From Phoronis australis (Eukaryota > Animalia > Phoronida), in contig NMRA01000103.1 in assembly GCA_002633005.1 (NCBI GenBank), positions 91,512-155,511 of the forward strand: a stretch of DNA of 64,000 bases, written 5' to 3'. Every line of letters starts with the position of its first letter. Position 1 is the first letter of the stretch. The position numbers were made by a program, and so were the translations under genes. The notes beneath the pieces were generated by a model that ran no database searches, had not been told where the DNA came from, and saw only the letters and a program-made list of their open reading frames with translations. This document shows, piece after piece, positions 1-13,013 of this stretch.

Positions 1-549
1 TGTGTTTGACTACTCTGGCATCTCCTGGGGGGGGGGGTTGTTTCATTTTGCTTCTACGGCAGTATTTCCTTAATCCTTTGCAGGAACTTTGTGAAATTTG
101 GCAGGTGCGTTTTGTATGGAGTTGACAACAGATGATGGCAATTTCTTCGAAGTTCATTGACGAATTTTCATTAAACTGCAAACAGGTTTCTATTAAGGTG
201 GCGACGATGCCTTTCATGGCTGTATCTCCTTTACTCGTTTGAAGGATCTTTGTGAAATTTTTGCATATGACTACGGTTACCGATCACTCTTGGACAGCTC
301 TAACTACCACTTTACCCCTAGTGGCAATTTTAGTTTTTACATTTGAATCTGTTCTTTGACATTTTTTATTGAAACGTGATAAACAAGTTTGTGTTACAAT
401 GGCAGTAGCATCTATCCATTTTGGAATTAATTTGACGTATTCTGCGCCACCTAGTGTCATTTTTGACACTAATTAACTCCGACCCTACAAGCACATTGTT
501 TGCGTTGCTGTCATGGGCCCATTTCAACACTCTGCATTGCTCTTCTTCA
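1..549 (+). mobile_element. 3' part of a Helentron-associated (HINE/DINE-1-like) element, same family as 5148-7107
   Basis: Core motifs (gtgaaatttggc, cccctagtggc, gcgccacctagtg) and a 3' end 'gggcccatttcaacactctgcattgctcttc' matching the end of the 5148-7107 copy. Confidence 0.65.
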
Positions 550-1702
550 TTTTTTAATTTTTTCTAATATTGTTATGAATGTTTACATGTTTTCAAAATA
601 TTGTGCAATAGTTGCTGTTGTACACAAGTTGACAACAGTGAAGCACTACTATCTTGGTATTTATGGAAAATAACATGTCCGCCATATTGGTCAGATCCGA
701 GTCCTAGCGTACGGTAAAGTCGCGTGATTTTCGGACGGCCTGCCATTTTCGACCAAGAATAAATATTTCCAAAATGAGTTTTTCATAGTCCACGAAATTC
801 GTACAAGGTCCAAAAACTGTTTTTTAACGATCTTCGAACTTCGGACAATGTCATAAACGTCGGATTTTTGCCCCTCGACTTTTGGACAAGGAAAATTTTA
901 GAAACGCTAATTTGGGATCGACGCAACTCCCGTGTCACTAAAGCGTTCAACGGATGATTACTACTCTATAAGGCTTGAATCTGAGAATTGGTGTAACGGG
1001 CTTTGTAATTTTTACCTTGTCTTGTCGATGTCATGACCGTTACTCGATTGTCTTGCGTTTAGCTTGTGTTTGGCGCTTTAGCTATGGAAAGAGTCACCGA
1101 GTCCCGCATGACGAAAATTTCTGATGAAAATACAAATGGGAAATACACCGAAGGCTGCAGTTTTTCGTTGTAGCGTAACATGTGCTCTGGTTTAATTAGA
1201 CCGTGTTGTTCGACTTCGGACTGTGACATTGAACTTGCACGCCTGACATCAACTTGCGTGTTTACGAAACGTTTTTATTTTTAAAACGTCCTGGCCTTTG
1301 CAAATGCCCTTGTTAGTGGCTAAAATCTCCGGCGACGTGTCCCGATTTTATTCTTGACGTGATGAGAAATATTTTTTGTTTAGGCCCCCATTCACAATAG
1401 GCCACAGCTAAGTCTGTCCGTAGGATATCGCGCGTTCAAAGTAGTGTAGATAGTGAACAGCAGCAGCTGAATGAGACGGAGCCAAAGTAAAGCTGGTTAA
1501 AAATCAAACATAGTGCAAGGCCCAGCACTCAGAAAGGGGCGCGGCGCACACGCAATTGTTACAGAGACATTGCATCCTTTTGCTATGTTGTGTAAGTGCC
1601 TGTACTATAACACATATCAAAAACTAAGTTACGTACATCCACATCCGTACTTATTCAGGAACACAGTGTATGTTAATTAGACACATTGACTTGCCGCTGT
1701 AG

Positions 1703-1780
1703 GTCCTGGAATCCCTGGAACATGGCAAGTGGCTGCCTGAAGAACCATTTGAGTTGAGCCAGGACTTTCCTGCTGCTAAG
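1703..1780 (+). CDS. MCPH1: Microcephalin-like protein, internal exon (end of BRCT2)
   Basis: tag| ... |gt boundaries, 78 nt, encoding VLESLEHGKWLPEEPFELSQDFPAAK. Closely resembles recalled vertebrate MCPH1 '[26 protein letters not shown]'. Confidence 0.85.
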
Positions 1781-2147
1781 GTGTGTTGTTTTTGAAGCAG
1801 TGAACTTTAAATTTATAGGACACCAGTTTTTCAAAGAAATGAATGTCTAAACAAACTGCTTTTCTTGCATTTCCTTCTCATTTTTTGTGATGACTGTGTT
1901 GACAAAACTTGTAAACTGTGGTTGACTATCATCTTTTAAAGCTATTGCTACAGATGAACAAATATGTATATTTATTACACCATGAATTGAGCTTTATAAA
2001 GTTTTTGGGCTTGTACTGTGGCTCCATTGGAATCTAATGATTGCTTCTGTCAGCAGTTTCTCTGCACGTAATTTTGATTATTTTAGTCTTGTCTGTAATG
2101 TGTACCTTGACAACAACACTCCATGTGGCTAACTATTCCTCTCACAG

Positions 2148-2376
2148 ATTTGTAGACAACTGAGGAGCACTTCAGGGGGTCATGTGCTTGACCTCTTTTC
2201 TGACATGGGGCCCATGTATGTTAGCGAGACTAGTGCACCCCCCAGAGATGCCCTAGTAGCCCTGATCACCAAGTGCGGTGGCACTGTGACACGATGTCTA
2301 CGCAAGTGTGCCCTCTGTATTGGTGATGTCATCAGGAGAGAGAACAAGGATGCTGTGAAGGAATTGTGGGTCTTAG
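2148..2376 (+). CDS. MCPH1: Microcephalin-like protein, penultimate exon (BRCT3)
   Basis: cacag| ... G|gtaag; encodes ICRQLRSTSGGHVLDLFSDMGPMYVSETSAPPRDALVALITKCGG...KELWVL. Phase is compatible with both neighbouring exons. Confidence 0.85.
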
Positions 2377-2596
2377 GTAAGCCATGGTTTCATGTAAGAG
2401 TGTTGCAGTGAAATTAATTACGGTAAAAATATCCAGTTTTTCCCAAGCCTAAAATCACTTTTAATCTGATTGATGCAAGATAGGACATCAGTTCTTTATG
2501 ATGCATGGTCTGACTGAAAAGATATTTTGTGCCAGAAGGAAGATTTATAGCTGCTTTACCTTTGACCTGGCGAGCTCCTGTTGATTCAACATACAC

Positions 2597-2868
2597 ATGA
2601 CCTCAGAACGCGTTATCTCTCTCTTCAACATGCACTTGGTATCAGAACACAATATCTCTCTCTTCAACATGCACTTGGTATCAGAACGTGGTATCTCTCT
2701 CTTCAACATGCACTTGGTCTCAAAACACAGTATCTCTCTCTTCAACATACACTTGGTATCAGAACATGGTATCTCTGAGTATCGCTCTCTTCAACATACA
2801 ATTGGTATCAGAACACAGCATCTCTCTCTTCAACATACTCTTGGTATCAGAACATGGCATCTCTCTCG
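2597..2868. repeat. 39-bp minisatellite (about 7 copies) in the last MCPH1 intron
   Basis: Unit tatctctctcttcaacatgcacttggtatcagaacacaa; gives 13-aa periodicity in the overlapping spurious ORFs. Confidence 0.9.
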
Positions 2869-2932
2869 TCGGCAATGATAACTTGACTCATCTTGTTGTT
2901 CGTCAATGACTTAACAACAATTTCTGTTGTAG

Positions 2933-3024
2933 ACTCGATCATGTCTTCGCAAAAGTTGTCCGTTAATGATTATGTTATCAACCCTTCAAGAAGTTCAGAT
3001 GGAGAAAGAAGCCCGTCTCTTTGA
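2933..3024 (+). CDS. MCPH1: Microcephalin-like protein, terminal coding exon
   Basis: ttgtag| phase-1 join gives WVLDSIMSSQKLSVNDYVINPSRSSDGERSPSL*, completing the BRCT WVLDSI motif; TGA at 3022-3024. Confidence 0.8.
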
Positions 3025-3476
3025 TGCTCTCCATGCTTCCAACAATGGAAATCAAAAGAAGCAAAAGCTGTGTATATCAGCTGGTAGAATGCAGACATTG
3101 ACTTTGTGCATCCTGGCTGTGAATATCATCTGGGATAATACAGACATTGACTTCGTGCATCCTGGCTGTGATTTGGAAATGCAAACTACAAGGTTGATAA
3201 AAGTTTTATAGGATAAGTTGTAGTCAAAACTTTTAAAATTTTGTCATGTTGTTTGAATTGTGAATCAAGTGCACTGTTACTTTCATTGAGATAAGAAACT
3301 TTTGGATTAGATGTGAAGATCCCTTCTGAATTGTTTTTGAGGAAAGTTACATTAATCCCTTCTAAGTTAGTAACTTATAAGTAAGTTGTAAAGTAAATGG
3401 TAAATTGTAGATGTATTTTTGTGACAAGATTTGTTACCAGCTAAGCATAGCAATATAGTTGCACCGTGACAGTTAA

Positions 3477-4760
3477 AGGCGAAGGCAACCTTTTTTCATG
3501 CCTTTTTAGCAAAAATAGGGTTCGTTGATTATCCCAGACATATTTTTCACTTATTTACAGCTTTTCGTAATTTAATTAATTACTCGTCGTCTACTCCGGA
3601 AGTGACGTTTTGGGAGGCAAGAATTTCGCGCCAATTTCTTTTCATACAGTCTGACTGTGAGAGCAGTCGAGTCAGTCATTGTTCTACCTCGGTTGTGATA
3701 AGTTCGGCTGTCGTTTGCTTTTGTTTACCAGTCAGTCAACATGCCAAGCTGTTGCTGCCTTCCGAGATGTACTCATTATCGTCTCACGTACAGAGGAAGA
3801 ACTGTCCCACTTGCCCGAGTGTGCCGCGACACACTCCCAGTAGATGGTGACTTGAGCACCCAAACTGCTTACATCCTGCCGTGCGACTCCCTCGTCACAC
3901 ACGTGGCACCTTCTAAATAGGTCCAATACAAGTCCGCAACAAACTTATCAAACTTAGGCTCACCGATCTGTTCATTGGATGACGAACTGTCCTTTTCACT
4001 GGGTGTCAAACTGGGCCTGTATTCACTCCCACTACTCAACATCGCTGCAGGACTGCTTACAGGCTCTGGGTTAGAGACAACAGCACACGGGGAATCACTG
4101 CTAGTTCCTGGAATTGCACGCTATGGGTTACGTTCGAAGGCATGGGTGACAGTAGATGAAGTGCCACCAGTCACTGTATTTAGTGGCCACAGCTCGCGAG
4201 GTTTCTCGCTTCAAAAACGCACTTCTCGAGGGTGGCGACGGGGCACTGCGGGGAATCAACAGCGACGGTATGGAACCCTTCTTCAGGCGTTGTTTCGCAG
4301 GGACCTTCATCAATTCAACGTACATATCTCTGTCGTAATCTGACGGCTGAAAATGCTTGCCACTGCTTTGTACGTTGCATGAACTGGTAGCGCTGCGTTC
4401 TTCACACGAACGAGCTAGCCAAGTATGGCGAAGTGTGTCATCCTTTGGAAAGCGATGCAAGGTACCCAAAGCGCGTGTGAGACGATAATGAGTAAATCCT
4501 GGTATGCAGCAACAGCGTGGCATGTTGACTGACTTGTAAACAAAAGCAAACGACGACCGAATTTATCACATCCGAGGTAGAACAATGACTGACTTGACAG
4601 CTTTCACAGTCTGACTGTATGAAAAAAAATTGGGGCGAAATTCTTGCCTCCCAAAACGTCACTTCTGGAGTAGAGGACGAGAAATTAATTAAATATGTCT
4701 GGGATAATCAACAGACCTTATTTTTGCTAAAAGTGGCATGAAAAAAGGTTGCCTTCGCCT
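3477..4760 (-). mobile_element. Non-autonomous Kolobok DNA transposon with about 300-bp inverted arms and a THAP remnant
   Basis: TTAA at 3473-3476 and 4761-4764; termini AGGCGAAGGCAACC...GGTTGCCTTCGCCT; internal THAP ORF plus a CxxC..C..H..W fragment at 3732-3926. Confidence 0.85.
4128..4523 (-). pseudogene. THAP zinc-finger N-terminus of a Kolobok transposase (degenerate)
   Basis: MPRCCCIPGF...LHRFPKD...W...SGKHFQPSDY...RLKKGSIPSL fits the THAP pattern, with some Cys residues lost. Confidence 0.75.
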
Positions 4761-4817
4761 TTAATGTTTGGTAATATGGTGTTGAAGTGTGCAGGTCTGT
4801 AAATATCCTTTTATGGG

Positions 4818-4950
4818 AATATAGCCTCACTGTGAGACAATTTATGTTTGACAATATAGCCACACTCACAGTTTATGTTTGGTAATTTAGCCACACTGTG
4901 ACAATTTTTGTTCAGTAATATAGTCACACTGTGACAGTTTTTGTTCTGTG
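4818..4950. repeat. Degenerate minisatellite of about 33 bp
   Basis: Recurring aatatagccacactgtgacaatttatgtttgg-like units; a similar unit spans the Kolobok insertion site. Confidence 0.6.
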
Positions 4951-5147
4951 GGTATTAGTGTGACCATAAGATACGGTTCAGGTCCCAGACCTCGTGTTCA
5001 TTAAAGAACTCAAATTTTAGTGTCAGCACCATAGCTAAAATGGTCTCTGTGTTTAGCTAATACCAAGCTGTTTTCTTCACTTAAACCAATGAAAGCACGC
5101 CTACAAATTTGTGAAACCACAACTTACATGTATGTCATTTCTGCATC

Positions 5148-7107
5148 TTTTTATGCGCCCACATATTTATATTTGGACGCATTATGCCGTCATCTCCATC
5201 CGTCCGTCCGTCCGGGCGGCGTCCGTCCGGCGTCCGCTACTTTATCTCCAAAACCCTTTGACATACGTTCATGAAATTTGGCGCATATGTCCCATTCATG
5301 AATGGAACGGCATGTGCGAACTTTCGGACGGATCCGACTACCGGTCTGCCCCCTAGTGGCAATTTTAGTTTTTTACGCTTACCTTTGTATCTTCAAAAGT
5401 CCTGAACGGATTTTCATGAAATTTGGTATGTAGGCACCTATTAGTGAGATGACGCTGTCCTCCCGTTTTCAGATGGATTCGACATAGTTTGCGCCACCTA
5501 GTGGCCATTTTTAGTGTTTTCGAGTATGTTTTTGTGCGTCCACCCCTCTATCAACCAAACCGCTCAAAGGATGATTGTGAAAATTGGCATGTATATGCTT
5601 ACTATGTAGAGGACGGTTGACGATAATTTTCCGACGATTTCGACTACTGTGGCGCCTCCTAGTGGCAGTTCTGTTTTTTTTTTGCGCCTATGGCTGTATC
5701 TCCTAAACCGTTCGCAGGATCTTTACGAAATTGTGTAAGTATATTTATATGATGTTAGCAATGGAAGATGACGACTTTTGGACGGATCCGACTACCGGTG
5801 TGTCCCCTAGTGGCCATTTTTAGTTTTTTACACTTACCTTTGTATCTTCAAAAGTCCTGAATGGATTTTCATGAAATTTGGTATGTAGGCACCTATTAGT
5901 GAGATGACGCTATCTTCCCGTTTTCAGATGGATTCGACATAGTTTGCGCCACCTAATGGCCATTTTTACTGTTTTTGAGTCTGTATTTTTGCGTCCACCC
6001 CTCTATCAACCAAACCGCTCAAAGGATGATTGTGAAAATTGGCATGTATGTGCTTACTATAAAGAAGACAGCTGACAATGATTTTCAGACGATTTGGACT
6101 ACTGTGGCGCCTCCTAGTGGCAGTTCTTTTTTGCGCCTATGGCTATATCTCCTAAACTGTTCGCAGGATCTTTACGAAATTTAATAAGTGTATTTATATG
6201 ATGTTAACAGCAGACGATGACGACTTTTGGACGGATCCGCCTACCAGTGTGCCCCCTAGTGGCAATTTTATTTTTTTACGTTTACCTCTGTATCGTCATA
6301 AGTCCTTAACGGATTTTCATGAAATTTGGTATGTAGGCACCTATTAGTGCGATGTCGCCATCCTCCCGTTTTCGGATGGATTCGACCTAGTTTGCGACAC
6401 TGAGTGGCCATTTTTACTGTTTTTGAGTCTGTTTTTTGTGCGTCCACCCCTCTATCAACCAAACCGCTCTAAGTATGATTGTGAAAATTGGCATGTATGT
6501 TCTTACTATGAAGAGGACGGTTCACGCTGAATTTCCCATGACTTTGATTACTGTGGCGCCTCGTAGTGGCAGTTTTTTTTTGCACCCATTGCTGTATCTT
6601 CCAAACCGTTTGCAGGATCTTTACTAAATTTAGCAAGTGTATTTATGTGATGTTGACAATGGACGATGGCGACTTCAGGATGATTCTGACTACCCATATG
6701 CCTCTAGTGGCAATTTTAGTATTGTACATTGACCTCTGTATTTTCATAGGTCTTCTGGTGTATACTTTGTGTTACTTCGTGACTATGAAGGAAAAGTTCC
6801 AAGTAGAAATTTGTTTCTGGCATTCTAATGCTGTGCTAATCTCGTATGTTGGTAAATTGTTTTTAATTCTATGTTTCTGTGGTGCTTTAAGCAACTGATG
6901 TATAGGATGTGCTTGTATTATGAAGATTACTCACATTTTGCCCCTAGCCTATTGAGGAGACAATAACCATGCCTTTCCATTTTGCAAAGTACAACATACT
7001 ACATATATTCCGTCTACTGGCCACTTTATGGTACCAATAAACAACCCTAGGATACCGTATACGGTGCAATTGTGGGCGCATTTCAACGCTCTGCGTTGCT
7101 CTTGTTT
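5148..7107 (+). mobile_element. Helentron-associated non-autonomous element (HINE/DINE-1-like) with an internal tandem array of about 450-bp units
   Basis: T-rich start; 11-bp subterminal IR ATGCGCCCACA (5153-5163) / TGTGGGCGCAT (7071-7081); (GTCC)n microsatellite; tandem core repeats at about 5320-6740; 3' stem-loop CAACGC-TCT-GCGTTG (7084-7098). Confidence 0.75.
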
Positions 7108-8172
7108 ATGGGAGTAGCCATGGCCAATTTATAATTGTTAGCATTCTGCATATGGACTACATGATAAGTCTCCACCTGTTTGGCGCAAAAATAAGTGCAA
7201 TTTTTTTTCACTCTTCTAAAGTGCATATACTTATACTGCAAATTGTGGATTTTTTCTAAACTGGAGTTGCTTTTATAACAGAACAACAGTACAAAGCATG
7301 CCAGTAATAGACCAAAATTTTCCTACTCTTTATGTTTATATTTCGGTAGCAGCCCTTGGTTAACTCAAGAATTGATTCAAAACACATTCATTGTATTTTC
7401 TGTTGGATAGCTTCATAGTCACTCATGTTCTGTGAACATGCCAAGAATTGTATAATGACACTTGACTTTCCTCAAAGTCCAACTGCTGCCTGCTGATTTG
7501 GCTATTGGACCACTTAATTATGTTGCGCCAACAGCAAAATACAATGGGGAGCATAATATGGCAGCATTATACAAACAGTTTTAGGCTACAAGTCACATTT
7601 GTTATCCGATTTTCAACAACCTAATCACATGTACTTCAAATGTGCCTCCTTAAAAGTATTAACACATGGATTTATAAATATTTTAGCCTCCCCCAGTGTG
7701 TTTACGATCGATCTGATTATCTTGAAAATGTCCAGGCTATCTTGAAAACGTCCAGGCGATGTTATTGCCCACGGTTGTATGGCGTTATTGATCATTGCGT
7801 CAAATTTCAAGGTACCCGGTATGCAAACCAGTGGAGTTGCCCTATCTCTAAAAGGTGAGGGTGTCAACCGTAGATTCTTTTCATGACAGTTTCAGGCGTA
7901 CAGTTATGAAGTAAAGAGCCAATAGACTCGACAAACAAATAAATTAAAACAGCATCTATAACTCGAGATGACATGTCTCATCACCAGCATGCTAGTCTAA
8001 TGGGAACCTACGGAGCGTCCAGTACCGATCTACTAATTTACTTTTTTGTCTGTTTCGTCAAGCGAGATAACCGTGGCGACATCTTACAAAGATAGAAGCA
8101 ACAGGGATGGATAGAATAGATAGATAGAATCCCAATTCTCTGTCTGAGTGGCACGTTTTTATATGCTATTCT

Positions 8173-8494
8173 CAGTGGTGGATTTCGGGGGGGAGGGGGG
8201 TGTGGGGCAAGAGGCCAAGGCCCACCCTAAAATTCTTGCAGATACCATTTGGCAGTTCGGGGTGCGAATTGCTAACTAGCATATGCGCGTACCCAGGGGG
8301 GCTCGGGGGACGAATGCACAACGCATAGGCCTTTAACAAACCCCGTTTACCGTTTTCGTTTTCTTTTTTTAGTAATAAGGTCCACGAACCCAAAAATTGG
8401 ATTCCCCTGTATTAGGCTGGGCGAGCGCATATGGCGAAATTCTGGTTATTCCTGTGCCCTGCCCCCCTAACTCAAAATCCTGGATCCGCCCCTG
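8173..8494. mobile_element. hAT-type MITE with 5-bp TSD (ATTCT), containing a nested CATATGCG..CGCATATG MITE (8280-8433)
   Basis: CAGTGGTGGATTTC...GGATCCGCCCCTG flanked by attct at 8168-8172 and 8495-8499. Confidence 0.7.
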
Positions 8495-8500
8495 ATTCTG

Positions 8501-8707
8501 CAGAGGCGGATCTACAGGGGGGAGGGTTCAACCCCCGGAACAGGACCAAAATTAAAAAAACGTCGCCAGGAAAACGAAATCAGCTACAAATATCAAAGAA
8601 ATCTTACACGGGAGAGGGAAACCTGCTCCCGACCTCCCCCGCTCGGCGCTACGCGCCTCGGATTCGTGCGAATCCTAAACCTCTGAAAAAACGTAGATCT
8701 GCCGCTA
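8501..8707. mobile_element. hAT-type MITE with 5-bp TSD (TTCTG)
   Basis: CAGAGGCGGATCTAC...GTAGATCTGCCGCTA flanked by ttctg on both sides. Confidence 0.7.
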
Positions 8708-9519
8708 TTCTGCGCTGAGAATATTCTCAAATAAACTGCTTTAGGGGTCTAAAGACGAAAACCAATAAAAATGCAAAATGAAGTTTGTGTCATCGGAAAA
8801 GCCAAATTTGGGATTTAGAATCACCTATAGGCCCACAATGAACTAGGCCAGTTCCTGCAAAATGTTTACCTCACGACTCATCCAATAGACAGCGTGTTTT
8901 CTCACGCAATCAACAGTGACGGCAGGTAGACAAGTGTGTAAAATGGGTACACAACATACAGTGAGAAGCCTACCAGCCCCTAGCGGAACAGAGCAAAAGT
9001 GCGGTACACGCCGGTGAGTTGCACATTCAGCACATTTTTTTATAACTGACCAACAGAGATGCCAAACTCACCGAAATAAGTCATTTTTACATAGCGAATA
9101 GAAGTAATGTCTACTATTTCTTTGCTGGTTATTTTCCGGCCACGTTGGTGTAAAATATATGGTAGTCATATTCATACCCACAATTTCAATACGCTCCGTT
9201 ATCGACCTGCTGTGCTGTTGATTTCATGGCATGTTTAAATGTAGCTGCTATTTTAATTTATTTGCTTGTCTTTCGGCAATTTACTTCACAACTGTACACT
9301 GTACAGGTCCTGCGCGCGAGCGTCTGTAATGCAACAGGTAATACGTTCGCTTTTTTAATTATCTGTTCTTGTGGAGCAATTTGGGTCCCACTGAGTTGGA
9401 CTTTGTCACTAAACACCGACAGACAAAGGGTTAATGGACCTGGTTGTTTTATTACTCCTCTTGGATGATGAATAGTCAAGCTTTGAAAGTGCTCTGTCTC
9501 CTAGTGACAGTGTTAGTGT

Positions 9520-10090
9520 TTTGTGCCTCTCTCTTTAGAGTTCCCGTGAGATTTTCATCAAAATCGGCAACCGTGTACTACGTGCCCCCTAGTGGTCATT
9601 TGGAGCCCGTTTTGGTGTCCATTTCTCTATCCGCTAAACCCCTTAAAGGATCGTTAAGAATATTGCGTTCCTGACGAGGACACCGCGCTGCATGCATTGA
9701 TTTTCGAACGGGTTCTAATACTCTGTCGCCTCCTAGTGGCAATTTATGTGTTTGCGTCTGCGGCTGTGTTCTCTTAACTCTTAGTAGGATCTGTGTGAAA
9801 TTTTGGCAGATATGTGTTCCTGTGGATCTGCCAATGGATGTTGAGTTTCAGAGGAAACCGATTACTGTTTTGTCCCCTACTGACAAGTTTTAGTTTTTTA
9901 CCTCTGCCTCTGTATTAGGCTAGTTCCTTGATGGATTTTCATGGTCTGTACAAATTATGGGTTTTATTAAAGAGGTCACGACGCCATTCCATTTTCTGGA
10001 AGGTTCGCCATATTTCACAATGGCCAATGTTATTCCTTTTTCTACCTCTCATTAAGCGAAACCGCGCAATGGGTCATTATGAAAATTTGT
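9520..10090 (+). mobile_element. Diverged partial HINE copy
   Basis: gtgccccctagtggtc, cgcctcctagtggc and gtgaaattttggc core motifs at about 150-bp spacing. Confidence 0.55.
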
Positions 10091-11801
10091 TAATGTATTC
10101 CTAACGAGAAAACAACGACTGGCGGGTCCCACAACTGTGTTGCCCATTGCGCCAATTTGTTTGCGTCTGTAGGTGAACATACCTTGAATAATATGCTTAC
10201 AAGGAAGTCACGCATTTCTAAAGATATGTGGGAATTTTCACCGTTCGTCCTTCTGAGTGGCTTGTACCGGCGCCGGAATCGTGTACAGTTGTCATGACCT
10301 CCATTGCCCGATGCCAGCAAGACCCAATTAAATGTAATTATTCGACCATAAACTGTATTAAACATCTCCGACTGTACATAATGGCGAATTTTCAAAATGC
10401 ATTAATCACATTTTCGTTATAAACGAACACTACGGCGGTATTCAGCTGGAAAAAAACAATCAAGTACGGTTTTCGATTTTTAAAAATCGATGAACTAATA
10501 ATCTAAAAACTAGAACCATTGAGTAATATTGAAGATACCTGTAAACTACCGTGCGTATTGATATACTCGGTGGATATACAAACGCTGATCAGAGTTAACA
10601 ATATCACATGGATTCATTTTTTAATAATCTTTCAATCTCTTTTAACCAGATTTTTGACCAGGAAACAGTTGTACTTAACTTGTGCCCACTCTTCAATTTT
10701 ATTACTGACAAAGAACTGGAATAGTTATATAGTCAGTGCCACCGAAATTGTCCAGAGATCCCAAATCTTCAGTTTGGTTATCACCACATTTGCACTTTTG
10801 TGTATATTTTATGATTTGAGTTCTAATAAAGATTAAACTTTAATGACACGTGTAATGTTTAGTGTACCTGTAATGTGGTAAGTTTAGGGATGGGCTCACA
10901 ATGAACTTAACTAATTAAGTTTAGGTGGCGATCAAAATATACCACTGTTTTGGTACTTCAAGTTTAAAACTTAAATAAAAAGTTATCAGCCCGTTCCCAG
11001 TAAGAAAAAAAAAAACAAGTGGGCAAAAGCATTAAAATTAAATAAAGAAAATCACTATGAAACTGATCGTTCTTTTGGGAAGTCGCCCTTTGTGAAGATA
11101 AACACACGTTAACCCTGTTTAGTCATTTTATAATATTTATAATGTACCAAGTTAAAACTACTCTCCAGAGTTGCAGGCTATAACTCTGCAAATGTCAGAG
11201 AAAACCAAATTGGGGGTACTAACAACAACCATTTTTAAGACAGTAATGCTAGCAATTACCTTTCCACTTCATTAGCTCATATCTACATCAATACAAAGGG
11301 CGTGTTGAATAGGTATCGTATAAGTTGTCTGGGGCTTAGGGAATCAGAGCGGTCACCAATGTAAGCGAGAAATTCTCCACATGATCTGCTGAACCCGGAA
11401 GGAGTTTTGTGAAATTTGACTGATGAAGCTATATGGATCTCACGAGGAATGATATAACGAGTTACCTTACTCTCAGATTGAAAGTTAGTTTTGGGGTTCT
11501 TTCCAATTCAATCCTTTGAATCAGTCTGATCTGATTAAGAAACAAGTCGAGACTAAGCGTGTATTCTGCAAACACACTGAAGAACCTCGCAGAAAAGCAA
11601 AATCATGCAAGACCTTACGAGATATAGCCATGTATTCTAACCGCCATGTATTCCTTTTGCAAGACTACTGCGTCTACGGAACTCGGCCCACTTTTAGAAG
11701 AGGTCAAATTAAATCAAAACAGTCTTTTTAGCAGATTGCGGGTTTAAGATACCTTCCAGTGTACATTCCTGAATTCACGAAATTTGGTGGGAGAATATTT
11801 G

Positions 11802-12010
11802 CTAAACTTCCTTCCTGTCGATGACTGTGCACTTGAAATCATCGGGTACATTTGTGACGCCAGTGACGGCATACCTTCGCCGCACATCAAAGGGTGTCTC
11901 GCCTTCCGGTTGGGGCTCGGCAAAGTAAAACGTAAAGTTCTGCATTAGATTGGCCAGCACCAGAAACGTTATGTCACGTGCCATTGGTTTGCCCATGCAC
12001 GAACGCTTGC
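11802..12010 (-). CDS. Cytochrome P450 (clan 2) exon 5, containing the heme-binding Cys
   Basis: ttacag| join gives FAVGKRSCMG (FxxGxRxCxG); reads to stop after ...IDRKEV. Confidence 0.92.
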
Positions 12011-12362
12011 CTGTAAATAAGAATAAACTATAAAATAATTCTGCGAACCTTAATTACACCGTAGGCCTACTTAGGATATACAGTTTACATAAGGGTTGTT
12101 CCAGCAAAATTCTAATGGGGGGGGGGGGGGGGGGNGGGGCGGCAGTTGAAATAAAAATTTATGTGTGGTTGACTTTGAATAAAATTAAATTATGGGTGGT
12201 CTTTCTAGAAAGAAGTGTATGATTCGTTAAAAGTGGGTCATTTTTTGTCCTGTAAATGTTGACAGGTGGGCATTTCCAACCAAACACGAACTCAACATGT
12301 TCTGAAAACAATCCAGCTCACCAAAATTCAAGAGGCAGATACCCAAAACTACACAAAAGTGG

Positions 12363-13013
12363 TGTCAGAATATAGTCTGACAGAATTTTTAGTTGTATTG
12401 TTTTGTTTTGTTATTCTGTTTGATTGGCATGACCCCTGAGTTAAGTACAATGATGATGTAATTTGTTTACTACAGAATAGTATGGAACTTTCTAGAACTT
12501 AGACTCTAACATGACAGTGATTAATGCAACCTGGAATATTCTAGAGACTAGTACATGTTTGTAGAATGGTTGGGTAGATTCAGGAAAGTTCTAAAATGTG
12601 CTCGAATTGATGAAAAGTTCTAGAATAATGCACGGGTTTATGTTAGTCAGATCAAGTCAGTTCAAGAAAGTTTATCAGGAGAATTACAGATGAGTAGCAG
12701 TGATGAGAATCAGCAGTTACAGCGATAGTCAATAGAGAGCCAGCTATAGAGACAGCACGTTATTGAATCGACGAGTGTAACAGTTGCTGAACGTACTGTC
12801 TCAGAAGTTCATCACAAGTCAAGGCTTCGCAGCACTGGCTGGAGCATAAACAGACATTACGTCGGACGTTTTGTTTGAGTAGGCTTGTGAACGTACGGCC
12901 GGGATTAATAAAGGATTAACTCGAACCAGTCTTCAGTCAATCGTCGCACCGAAAGCTATTAGCACCGGTCTGTAACAACCTGCGCCCACCCACACATGGG
13001 GAAAAACGTGACA
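12363..13013 (+). mobile_element. Solo LTR with 5-bp TSD
   Basis: TGTCA...TGACA termini; AGTGG duplicated at 12358-12362 and 13014-13018; internal AATAAA; homologous to 46502-47322. Confidence 0.85.

Noticed and set aside
706-1600. Possible pogo/Tc1-like TIR start (TACGGTAAAG..)
   Set aside because: No matching opposite terminus or coding remnant was found.
2545-2909. Overlapping periodic ORFs
   Set aside because: Artefacts of a 39-bp minisatellite within an MCPH1 intron.
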